Shown here: positions 11,426 to 22,224 of the stretch, piece after piece
Layout of the letters: each line of letters begins with the position of its first letter
Position numbering within the stretch: position 1 is the stretch's first letter
From: Octopus bimaculoides
Taxonomy: Eukaryota
NCBI RefSeq assembly: GCF_001194135.2
Contig: NC_068981.1
Span: 173,298,463-173,333,503, forward strand
Direction of reading: 5' to 3'
Length of the DNA: 35,041 nucleotides
Position numbers and translations under genes: made by a program
The notes under the pieces: model-generated
Database searches by the model: none
Told to the model about the DNA's origin: nothing
The model's input: only the letters and a program-made list of their open reading frames with translations

Positions 11426-12504
11426 GTAAGAAACCTTATCAAAATGTTATTTCACCGTATAATGTCTGAGAAAGATTGTGAAAGTAAAAGTGAGCTGGAA
11501 GAAGAAGAGGGCAGAGACAGTTACATCAGAGTGGTGGGAAAGGTGGAGGGTGGTTACCTTCATTTAGACTGGACTTCCTTAATTCCTTAAACAAAAAGGA
11601 AATGGATTATTTACCCTTTAAAATATTTCATTTAGCTTGATATCTTAATATTCTATCTTCCCAACTACAATTAAACCTGTATATATCAATTTTGATATTA
11701 TTTCTGCTTGCAAAAAGAAAAAAAAATGTAATTTGATCTTGGAAAACCTTTAGTTTAAAAATTTATTTTGTTAATAATTTTATTTATAATATTGAATTCT
11801 TTTTATAACCTTCCATTGCAACCATACATCTATAGAGGCTAGTCTTGCTCTTTAAAGTTGAAAATTACTTCAGCTCTGAACACTTACAGACCCTATACAT
11901 AATATAAGTGTTACCAACATGAGACTAAAGCTCACAAATCTAGACAGTGGAACACACAAAAATATTCTACATTATGTTCCCCTAAAAAGACCATCAGCAT
12001 GTTAGACAGTTCATGTTCTTGTAATACATCAATGTATTTTGTTATTTTATTGCTGACTAAATTCAGTCAGGAATTTTACTATCTCGACAATCTCTTCTGT
12101 TCTTTTCCAGAAATGGTTGCTATTGCTCATAGTTAAGGAAGATATCCATTTTGTGGTGTCATGTATTTAGTATAGAGTTTAACACAAAATCTATAACAAG
12201 AAGCAGAATCCGGAGATGATTGGGGCCTTCTGGTTTAAGTATTGGAGTGGTTTCTTCAGACTCGTAGTGAAGGAGTTAAATTGTCTTATAAGCTATGAAA
12301 GTCACTAATAGCTTTTGCAATACTGATGTTGCTTAATAAAATTTTGTGTTACTTGGTGGACAGGGCGATTTATGAATTAAGTATCTTGATCACAGATCCA
12401 ATTAATTTTTTTTGTCCCTTTATAATAGAAAACTGACACTCTTTAATAATACATTTGTTTTATATTATCTGGGTATTGAACCAACAAGGAAGCTTCTATA
12501 GATC

Positions 12505-12731
12505 ACTTAACCTGCTGGAAATAGCAGTCAAATCTCCTTCATATTACACTCTATTGTCTTAAAGAATACATTGGATAAGACACTCATAGATACACTGTAT
12601 CTGAAAAAGAAAGGGTTATAGTCATCCCTATGAGAATGCCTATGATCATAGATCAAAGGTATTCTGGTAGGGACTAATGAGCTGATCATAGATCTGCTCA
12701 TTCAAAGTTGGTCTGGGGCTAAAAACAATAA
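12505..12731 (+). mobile_element. Unclassified ~220-bp interspersed repeat (other copies at about 1560-1690, 16215-16392, 18270-18350, 30185-30368, c26462-26665 and c14865-14900)
   Basis: Shared blocks cctgctagaaatagcagccaaatc...cattggataa...tttgatcatagatctgct...gggctaaacaac recur in both orientations. Confidence 0.65.
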
Positions 12732-13001
12732 CTTTATATTTTATCTAATGAATGACATATTCACATTATAGATTGTTACCCCCAAATCATACCATCCATT
12801 CACTTTATGTATTTTTATATGTATTTTCACCTACCTGCTATATGATGTGTTTTCATCTATCCAGGATGTGTTGTTTTAATTTTCCAACAATATCATGTTA
12901 CATGTATTTTAACTGAATGCAAATCATATATTCATATTACATGTCCATATTACTCCCATACCAAACTATTTTTTTATAACCATCTTATATTCTAATGTTA
13001 G

Positions 13002-13091
13002 GACCGCACTGTCCGAATCTGGGACATTGATAATATCAGTTCCATATCAACATTACTACCTGGAAATGATTTTATTCCTAGAATATTACAG
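13002..13091 (+). CDS. WDR88: WDR88-like exon, 90 nt (DRTVRIWDIDNISSISTLLPGNDFIPRILQ)
   Basis: Acceptor tctaatgttag, donor gtaagt; DRTVRIWD completes the last WD repeat. Confidence 0.9.
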
Positions 13092-13754
13092 GTAAGTTAA
13101 TCTTATTACCTCTTTGAAAACCAAGGCAACATTTACTTATCCATTAAAAAGACAACCGCTTTCATGAGACAAAATGCTTGTAACAAGTTGATTTTGGTGG
13201 GATTCAAGTTCAGAATGTAAAGGGCCATTATTTATATACTACAAAATATTTTATCTAATGATTCTGTGAGTCATGCAATCAACACTAAGACACTGGAAGT
13301 TACTTAAATCAACACTACAAACTAACTTTTCTTCTTTTTGTAGACCTCCAATACCATTCTCCACATCCAGCATATCAAGTCATTAAAATTTAGGTTACAC
13401 TGCTTTTGTTCAATTTGAGTGTCCACATTAAAAATCTAAGACACTACTGAAACTAGTAAATCCATATTTTTTATCAATGATTACAGAATAGAAAAGAAAA
13501 AAATGCCTTTTTAAAAAATGTTGCTTTTATAGCAAGTTCTTTTGGGTGAATGGGACGATACGGAAAGCAAAAGCAATTCTACTAAATTGGCTGCAAACCC
13601 AAGCGTCACTGCCTGTAATAGAGAGGAGAGGAAGTTAAACAAATACTGGAGCCTGACTGGGTGTTATTTGTTTGTACTAGTCATAGATGAGACTTTAGGT
13701 GTTCTTGGACTCAACACTACTGATTTCCTCCCCAAAATCAGGGCAACAGTGGTC

Positions 13755-14204
13755 TCATCATCACCATCATCATCGTTTAACATCCGCTTTCCATGCTAGC
13801 ATGGGTTGGACGATTTGACTGAGGACTGGCTGCACCAGGCTCCAATCTGATCTGGCAGAATTTCTACAGCTGGATGCCCTTCCTAATGCCAACCACTCGG
13901 AGAGTGTAGTGGGTGCTTTTATGTGCCACCAGCATGAGGGCCAGTCAGGCGGTACTGGCAACGGCCACACTCAAATGGTGCTTTTACATGCTACCTGCAC
14001 AGGAGCCAGTCCAGTGGCACTGGCAACGACCTCGCTCGAATGTTCTTTTCATGTGCCACCGGCACAAGTGCCAGTAAGGCGACGCTGGTAACGATCATGC
14101 TCAAATGGTACTATTTACATGCCACTGGCACGGAAGCCAGACAGCTGCTCTGGCAATGGTCATGCTTGGACGGTGCTGTTAGTGCTCCACTGGCACAAGT
14201 GCCA
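13755..14204 (-). mobile_element. (GAT)n-tailed LINE 3' UTR with five ~65-bp internal repeat units (older subfamily)
   Basis: Units anchored at 13923, 13988, 14053, 14119 and 14182; closely similar to 21253-21719. Confidence 0.85.
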
Positions 14205-14512
14205 ATCTGTTTGAGAAATGAGCTCCATGAGGTGGGGGTGGCGATTGCAGCAAGTGTTGCTGACCATTCTCCACAGCAACGTCTTTGCAATTATGTTTGT
14301 GAGGCATGGCTGAACACACCATTTGGATTAGAGTGGGATCTAGTTAAATTGATTCACAAAATCATCCCCCTTTAATTTTGCTCAGATTGCTTTCAATTTT
14401 GGTGTATTGATACAACTCTGAATTTTGATTACGATCAACCAATTACTTTATCTTGTAAATTAAAGTGCCTGATGTTATTTGGAATTAAAGTTGGGAAAAT
14501 TTGGGTAATTTT

Positions 14513-14560
14513 AGCCAATCAACAGACAGCAAGGCATTAACAGCTTGTTACCATGACAAC
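14513..14560. promoter_or_regulatory. NF-Y CCAAT box (AGCCAATCA, 14513-14521) plus RFX X-box (GTTACCATGACAAC, 14547-14560)
   Basis: The X-box fits the GTHNYYATRRNAAC consensus exactly; the CCAAT box has the full RRCCAATCA context. Function is not shown. Confidence 0.45.
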
Positions 14561-15409
14561 TGCACGTAGTGTTGTGTTGATTCTTCACACCATGAGATTT
14601 ACTTCACCTGTATGTTTTGTTTTAATAAAAAATTTATGTTTATCAATTAGAATTTTATTGTAGATATTTTTCTTCAATTGTCTTAATATTTTACATATTT
14701 TTCATATATATTTTACATATATTTTGTGAAGTTATTCTGTGTTTACATTCATTGCAACGAATGCCTTTCAGGTCGGAATGAGCCATTCTGTATTTTTATT
14801 GAAGATGTAGAACATTATTTAATGTGTCCTTCATTTTTAAAATGTTAGAGCATAGTGAGGGAGATTTGGCTGTTATTTCTAGCAAATTGAACAACCACAC
14901 AAAGGTTACCTTATTGGCTCCAGTCTTATTCAGATGAATAGAATTACATATTTAATCATTTTGCTAACTACAAAACTCCATTATGCAAGAACTTCACTCT
15001 GAGTTCAGTGACATAAAGCAGACAAGCAACAAATCTTCCTCTGGATAAGATGCTAGTCTGTTTGAACTAACTTTTTTGGAAGGCATTTTTATATACTCCA
15101 GCTTTGTAAACTGAGCCAAATAGAGTGATATGTATACTTATCCAGTAAACTGAAACATTAAACCTACAGTAGGACTAATTCCTACTTATAATTCAATAAC
15201 TGCTAATCCACTTAATCATACACTTCTGGTTTATATTAGACTTTATATTACAGATAATATGTTGTGATGGCAATTTTTATACTAATTTATTCTTGATATA
15301 TTAAATCTCATAGAAATTATATATTCCTTTTGTTTAAGAAAAAAATAACATAACAGTCATTTAAGATCTGATTGTTTGATTCAAATGTTTATGTTTCTAT
15401 TGATTTCAG

Positions 15410-15520
15410 TGTGAAAGATGTAACAAAACATTCATACCTCTCAATGATTATCAGAATACCAAGTTGCTGCTATGTACATATTGCAAACTTGATTCTTGCA
15501 TTAAAAAATACCATGACTAA
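15410..15520 (+). CDS. WDR88: WDR88-like terminal exon (CERCNKTFIPLNDYQNTKLLLCTYCKLDSCIKKYHD*)
   Basis: Acceptor ttgatttcag; CERC...CTYC resembles the recalled human CERC...CVFC; TAA at 15518-15520. Confidence 0.85.
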   Translation, partial: CERCNKTFIPLNDYQNTKLLLCTYCKLDSCIKKYHD

Positions 15521-17124
15521 TGCATTTCTTTCAAAGCTAATCCCAAAGAATTACACCTAATACAAAAATGTTTTTTGTTGTTTTTTTTCCACCCCTCCCC
15601 ACCGAAACTTAAACGAAAATATTGCCTTCAAAACAGTGGCTTTGACAACTATTAGAGAAGATATATTCTTCACAGTGGTTTTCTAATATGGATGTACAAT
15701 GCTAATTTGTTCAAAATGCAGAGCACAAGTCAGTTGCAAAAGTTGTTGGCCATTAAAGGCCATGGTACACAGGAATGAAACTGTACAGTAAAAAGTTACA
15801 GTGGGAGCCTAGTATTTATGTTCAGTTTTTAACTGAACATAAAAACAAACATTAACACTATGTGTGTGTGTATAAAAACAAAAAAATTATATTTTAGGCT
15901 AGAAATGAACTGAATTTCAGTAATTTAAATGTCAGTAAATTTGACAAAGTATATCACTCTTGTATTTTGATCACCGTTCTTAAGAGGCTCTAAATAGCCA
16001 ATCATTAGGTTATCAAACTAGTACTTTAGTTATTGAGCCATGGAGGTTACTGTAATTTTTTCCAATTTAGTTTTTACTTTGATTCAAAATATATCTCCTA
16101 ATTATGTAAACCAGTCTTCCATATTATTGTTCATTAGCAACAATGAATAATTAAGTATGCTAGTCATACTTGTCACTCATTACATTACTTTACTCTTCAA
16201 GTTTACTCGCATGTAAACTGATCTGCTGAAAACAGCAGTCAAATCGTTCTTGAATCACTACATTCCATCTTTAAAAAAATGAATGCATTGGGTAGTATAG
16301 TCCCTGATATACAAAAAGATGGTCAGAGCTGGAATGCCTGTGATCAGATGTCTGCTTGATCTGGGCTGACCGTGGGCTAAACATCAATAACCATTTTGTA
16401 GTTATTATATTAGCCTTAGTAACAGACAGATATTTTACCTATCATTTTCTTAACCATAGTCAATAAATTTTGCAGAAGATTTGTTTATCATTTAACATGC
16501 TTCAGTAACTTCAAAGTCCAATTGCTTAGTCCTGGCAGCACCAAAATTTCAGATCTAGCTCCAGCCTTAATCAGTGCCTGATTAAATTACATAACATGTA
16601 TAATTTTCTTGGGGTAAAATACACAAGATTGAAAATTATCTGAAGACTTTTCAAGGATGTGAAAGTTTGAACTCAGTGTTGAAAGCTAATACAATCCTTA
16701 TCCCTGCAGGTGTGAACTATTTCTAGTATTAATTTAAAACAAGCTGGTCAAGGTTAACAAAAGTGTCTTAGTTATGGTCACTCTGCAACACCTGTGTTTA
16801 GAAACTAATAATTAGTCATTTGACTTAGTGACTCTTATAATCTATTGGGTCCTAATGAAGATAGTTTTTTCATGTAATGTATCAATAGAAATAGTCTCCA
16901 GGCTTGATCCATAGAGACAATTGAACTCTGCACTAACATGTCAAAACACCCATTAATGTTACAATGTTGTAGCTAACTTGTGATAGCTACTTACAGTTAT
17001 ATGGCTTCGGTCATCAAATCTTAAGTGCTTCGGTCGGTCATTGTTGTTGAAAGCTAACCTAACAACTATTTTTTTTACAAGTGAATTGTGTAAATAATTT
17101 AAAATGTTTGTCTTTCATTATTCA

Positions 17125-17130
17125 TTTATT
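17125..17130 (-). promoter_or_regulatory. Candidate NAPG polyadenylation signal (AATAAA)
   Basis: tttatt on the + strand, about 2.6 kb after the stop in a repeat-poor AU-rich region. An alternative candidate is at 18650-18655. Position is inferred only. Confidence 0.3.
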
Positions 17131-19695
17131 TTAACGGTTTTTTACAAGCACAATATATTATATACATTTTAACAAAAAAAAAAAAATATTTTACATAGTT
17201 ATATTAGATAAAAGAATTTGAAAGGTTACATAATATAGACATGTCTTTTATCAAGAAAAAAAGGAAATAATGTTTCTCTTTTTTTTTTTGTCTGAATCGT
17301 GTAATTTATAATAATTGCAATTGTAATATTGCAAAGAAAACATTTAAACTTACATTTGGTTACCAAACTCAAAACCTGTAGCAGACTCACCTATTTTCAA
17401 TATCTGAGTGTTCTTTGGAAGAAAACTAAAGGACTGCATTAAAAAAACTATTCATTACTATATTTAAAGGAAACTGTTATTTTGATCTAAAAGATTTAGA
17501 AGAAACATTTCTCACAATCATTACTGAGAAAAAGAAAACTATAAAACAGATGTGTGTTTATGCCTTAAAATACATTCTACATGATAACCGATCATAATCA
17601 GTGAAAATAGAGTTTGATTTTATGGAGGTCATGCAAATACAAATGAAATATATTTTAATTAACTTTATCAATCAGATACATTGATTGTTTAATGCATCCA
17701 GCCAATAAATAAAAATAAAAAAATTATAAAAGTTTGCTATAATAAATTTCATACAAAAGTTTAAAATTCTCATTTGATAAATACTTGAAAGAAAATATTT
17801 TTGTTTCAGCAAAACACTTTTGCATAACATTTCAAACTTGCTAGTTCTAAGCAGATAACAACAATAATTTAAAAAGATCTATAAAAAATATTATAATACT
17901 GTACAATTATTGAGTTATTATTTAAGCATTGTAGCTTGCAATAAAATAAATTAAACTTATGAGCAACAGTGCTTACATACAAAATTCAATTTTACAATGT
18001 TTGAAGCATGATGGAAATTAGTAATGATGAAGGAAAATATTAGTCATCCCTCCACACTTCCATCAAATGTATGATTTCTGTTATGGTATCTGAGTTTACA
18101 AAATAAAATTATGATTATTAACATCCTGAGGAAATTTAATATATTTTCCTTTGAAAGAAAACAAACCAATGAAATTAAATCAACTCTGCTTAAACTAAGT
18201 TTCTTCCCTAATCATTTTTGGCTTGTAATCCACCATCTTAAATATGGAATGGATACATTGGTTAATGTAGTCCTGGACATTCTCCTAAAAAAAAAATGGG
18301 ATGGCCACAACTGGAATATCTTTGATCATAGGCCTGGAGCTAAACAACAATTGGTACCACCCATAATTAAGAAACAGAGTATATAATAGAGAACTTCAAG
18401 ATAGTTGTTTTACGTTCCTTCTGTTGGTCCCATTTTATAAATGCATTTCTTTGAAATTGGAAGAAGTGGATTGACAAAAGGTTTAGTGTGGGAAAATGCA
18501 CACAATAACTCACAAACACCCACTCACAGACCTATATTGACCTAACTGCTTATGGCAATAGCTTTTTCCATCAGATTCCATTACAGTATCTAAAGACAAG
18601 TCCTTTTCTTACCTATATCTTATCACATTATACATCTACTCTCCTTCATTTTATTACTTTCAAATCAATTCTTATATATTTTTTACTGATAACACCATCA
18701 TCCATTTTTTTCCCTCAATTAGATCCATCCCATGCACAAACTTTGTCCACTTCCAACTTTATATTAATATTGCATTTGAATTTGTGGAAGCTATTAATCA
18801 CACTATTTTAACTTTTGATATATCCTGCAAAATATTAACAGCAAATATCTGAACACTGAACAAGTTCTTCCACATGTGAACATTGCATATGGATTCAAAC
18901 TATGTTGGTAAGTTCTAACCATGCACTCAAAACATTCAGTTGAGTATATCAAATTAATTAACAATTGTAATAATGTGAAATAGCAAAACAGATATGAAGG
19001 TGAGTTGTTTTTAAAGGGAAAAATAAAAGGTTCTTAGATATTGTTAAGAAAATCTAAGAGATTTGACACATGATCCAGTTATTTTCACATCTTGCATTAA
19101 GATTCATCCACATAAGATTTTCTGAAGTAAAAGAGTGTGTGTATGGGTGCATGCATGTGCACACACACACGTGTGTGTTTTTATCTGTTTCACTCAGAGA
19201 GTGCTAGTTTCTGCAAAGCTATTAAAAAATCTCATTTGTAACTGTCAATCTATTTTTTAAATAATAAATATTTTACTCTAACATATTGTGTTTACAATTC
19301 AGTTAATATTTCACATTTTTTTTACATAACTAAAAGTGCATGCGCACACTTACACACACACACATGCATAATGTTAAGTATGCATGTAAGAGAGAAATTA
19401 GAAATGAAAAATAGCATGTCTATGTGAATGAGACTGTCACATGTATTCCTACTTCTGTGTGCATGCATGTAAGTGTTCATGTGTGTGTAACATGCACATA
19501 TATTTAAGTCCATGTATGAGTGTGTGTCTGAAGAAATACAAGGATTTGAGGGTCATAACATTGACACCGGAGTGGAGAATCAAAGATAATTTAATGGATA
19601 ATCAATTAAAATGACAAGTTGTAGAACTAGAGAATCAAAGAAAGATGAAGAGAGCGAGAGACAATTTTTTGTTGAAGAAACACCAAAATGGTAAA

Positions 19696-19860
19696 CTAGA
19701 GCAAATCAAGTTCTTCATCTTCTTCCTCGTAGTAATCATCAGCAGCCAGTCGAGCTGTAGCTTCTGCTATCTCATCTATTGGGTCATGAGGTGATGGGCC
19801 CCAGTCTTGACTACTTGTACCTATTTCAGGGATTTCTAAGTCACGTGCCAGCTTTGCAAA
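19696..19860 (-). CDS. NAPG: NAPG terminal exon (FAKLARDLEIPEIGTSSQDWGPSPHDPIDEIAEATARLAADDYYEEEDEELDLL*)
   Basis: Acceptor ttttaatttccag; FAKLA plus acidic tail; TAG at complement 19696-19698. Confidence 0.92.
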   Translation of the reverse strand, partial: FAKLARDLEIPEIGTSSQDWGPSPHDPIDEIAEATARLAADDYYEEEDEELDLL

Positions 19861-20992
19861 CTGGAAATTAAAACAGAAGAAAAAAAAGAAAAAGGAAAAA
19901 TCTTTATAAGCAGCAGCATCATCATCATGTTATTTGCTTTTACATCTACCTCCACCTCATTTCCTCCTAGCAAAGACTGAATTGTTTACACACTATGGCA
20001 CATCCTATACATATTGGTTATGCATCACCGCATTTATGAGATTCAATGTTCTTCAGGTCTTTCCTGCATGCTTTTCCTCAATCTGCTGCATACTAAAAAG
20101 ATATCTAGTACAATAGATATGATATCAGACAACCAGTCAAAAGATCTGGAATTGAAATTGAACCATTGATGTTATGATGTATGTTTGTGCAAAATATTCA
20201 ATTCTACAAATTTCAGTTCATTGGTATGAAACCTATCTGTGATAGACTGACATCCTAACATCCTCTCCAGAGATAGATTATCTCTCAATTGCTTAAGTAA
20301 CTCTCCTCATCCATTTTCAGTATCTGTTTCTCTCTGTCTTCTTCTAAAAGTTTTTATTCAATGTGATCACATCAATGGTTTTATAAATTTTGATCGTTCA
20401 TTTGTTTAATGCTTGTTTTTCCATGCTAGTATGGGTTGGACAGGGACTCATTTGAGGCAGTATTTTACAGCTGGATGCCCTTCCACTTTGTCTCCAAACT
20501 TTACCAGTTTTACAAGGGAATTTTTATTACATTGGTCTTTGAAAGTGCAGAGTGACTAATCGTGATTTTAACAAAGCTGGCTTCAAGGATCAGAGGCCAT
20601 TATAATAGCAATAGACAGAGGTGAGAGCATGCCTGTGGACCAGAGGCTAGAGTGTGTTCACTGGAGTGATGAAATGCCAGTTAGAGCAATCCATCTCTGG
20701 ATGCAATCCAGGGTGTTTGTGTGCATAGCAGCAGCACTATTCCAGATGAAAATGGTAATTATTTCTTTCAATTTGGTTATCTGGGATAAATTTATTTAAG
20801 AACACCAGACAACAGTAGTGACAATATTTTAACTCATGTTATTTCGTTGGAGGCCCAACATCTTAAAAGATAAGCATTTTTAGAACTGCTTTTGTTCTTT
20901 TTCTTTTTCAAGAAAAATAATTTACACTTTAGAATAAATTAAATATCAATAAGAATAAAACAAAGAGGAAATGGTTAGGAGTTTATACATAC

Positions 20993-21122
20993 AGCATTAT
21001 CCATGTGTCGTACAAGTGGAGAATCTAAAACGGCTCTTCCAGCTGCCTCATCTGCTGTATCATAAGCTTTCAAGAGTCTGTACATATACACTGCGTCATC
21101 ACTGTCTGAAAGTTCTGGACGC
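20993..21122 (-). CDS. NAPG: NAPG exon, 130 nt (RPELSDSDDAVYMYRLLKAYDTADEAAGRAVLDSPLVRHMDNA)
   Basis: Acceptor tttccattccag, donor gtatgt; SPLVRHMDN corresponds to recalled human SPLFKYMDN. Confidence 0.92.
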
Positions 21123-21252
21123 CTGGAATGGAAATATAACAATGGAAACTATTTACAATTGCAAATATTGCATTCCTTATGGTGCAGGATATGAGATTTG
21201 TAGATAGTGAATCACTGCAGTAGTTTGAAGTGCATGATGTTTTTGAAGGCAG

Positions 21253-21719
21253 TCATCATCATCATCATCATCGTTTAACGTCCGCTTTCCATGCTAGCAT
21301 GGGTTGGACGATTTGACTGAGGACTGGCAAGCCAGAAGACTGCACCAGGCTCCAATCTGATCTGGCAGAGTTTCTACAGCTGGATGCCCTTCCTAATGCC
21401 AACCACTCCGAGAGTGTAGTGGGTGCTTTTACGTGCCACCGACACGAGGGCCAGTCACATGGTACTGGCAACAGCCACGCTCAAAAGGCTGTTTTTTACG
21501 TGCTACCTGCATGGGAGCCAGTCCAGCGGCCCTGGCAACGACCTCGCTCGAATGATTTTCTAACGTGCCACCAGGACAAGTGCTAGAGACAACGCTGGTA
21601 CCGATTACGCTCAAATGGTGCCGTTTACAGGCCACTAGCATGGAAGCCAGACAGCTACTCTGGCAATGAACATGCTCGACTGTGCTGCTAGTGCTCCACT
21701 GGCGTAGGTGCCAGTCATC
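21253..21719 (-). mobile_element. (GAT)n-tailed LINE 3' UTR, older subfamily
   Basis: Same structure as 13755-14204. Confidence 0.85.
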
Positions 21720-21781
21720 GAAGTATGGTTCAATTACGATTGTAAAGTGTAAAATAAAAAGGGTACAAAAATTTAAAGGTG

Positions 21782-22224
21782 GACCGAGACCTTTGGAAAT
21801 GTACTGTGCGTGAGAAGACCCGGCAAGCCAAGTAAGATCGTTGCCAGTTACCCCTGGACTGGCTCTTGTGTGGGTGGCACATGAGATGCACCATTTTGAG
21901 CGTGGCCGTTGCCAGTACCGCCTGACTGGCTCCCGTAGGATTTTCGAGTGAGATCGTTGCCAGTGCCCCTGGACTGGCTTGTGCGGGTGGCACATAAAAG
22001 ACACCATTTCGAGCGTGGCCGTTTTCGTGCGGGTGACACGTAAAAGCACCCACTACACTCTCTGAGTGGTTGGCGTTAGGAAGGGCATCCAGCTGTAGAA
22101 ACTCTGCCAAATTAGATTGGAGCCTGGTGTTGCCATCCGGTTTCACCAGTCCTCTGTCAAATCGTCCAACCCATGCTAGCATGGAAAGCGGACGTTAAAC
22201 GATGATGATGATGATGATGATGAT
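21782..22224 (+). mobile_element. 5'-truncated LINE (RTE-like): last ORF2 codons, 3' UTR and (GAT)n tail; young subfamily
   Basis: DRDLWKCTVREKTRQAK* at 21782-21835, followed by repeat units and a tail to 22224. Confidence 0.85.

Larger units (their letters stand above)
5735..15520 (+). other. WDR88: Gene model (5'-partial) of a WDR88-like WD40 protein: join(5735..5802,8913..8995,11357..11425,13002..13091,15410..15520)
   Basis: Five GT-AG exons splice in frame to TTGPTSLHGHEGSISCCVFGLEGKWLVTGGYDNLIILWDLTENREQYRLTEHINWVHSVDIGKSQRSILSCSRDRTVRIWDIDNISSISTLLPGNDFIPRILQCERCNKTFIPLNDYQNTKLLLCTYCKLDSCIKKYHD*. This matches my recollection of the human WDR88 C-terminus (GHEGSVSSC...GHNDWV...SKDRTMRLWN...CERCDRPF...CVFC). 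Confidence 0.85.

Noticed and set aside
13923-14204. CRISPR-like array of palindromic repeats
   Set aside because: The units are degenerate tandem repeats without unique spacers, lie in a eukaryotic LINE 3' UTR, and no cas genes are present
14740-14850. Cys-rich frame CNECLSGRNEPF as the WDR88 last exon
   Set aside because: The exon at 15410 has a better acceptor, the correct phase and a far better match (CERC...CTYC)
19130-19520. Inverted CA/TG-rich segments in the NAPG 3' UTR
   Set aside because: Complementarity comes from simple repeats and is heavily interrupted
21429-22182. 206-aa and 150-aa minus-strand ORFs
   Set aside because: GC-rich LINE 3' UTR repeats lack stops by chance; no recognisable domain
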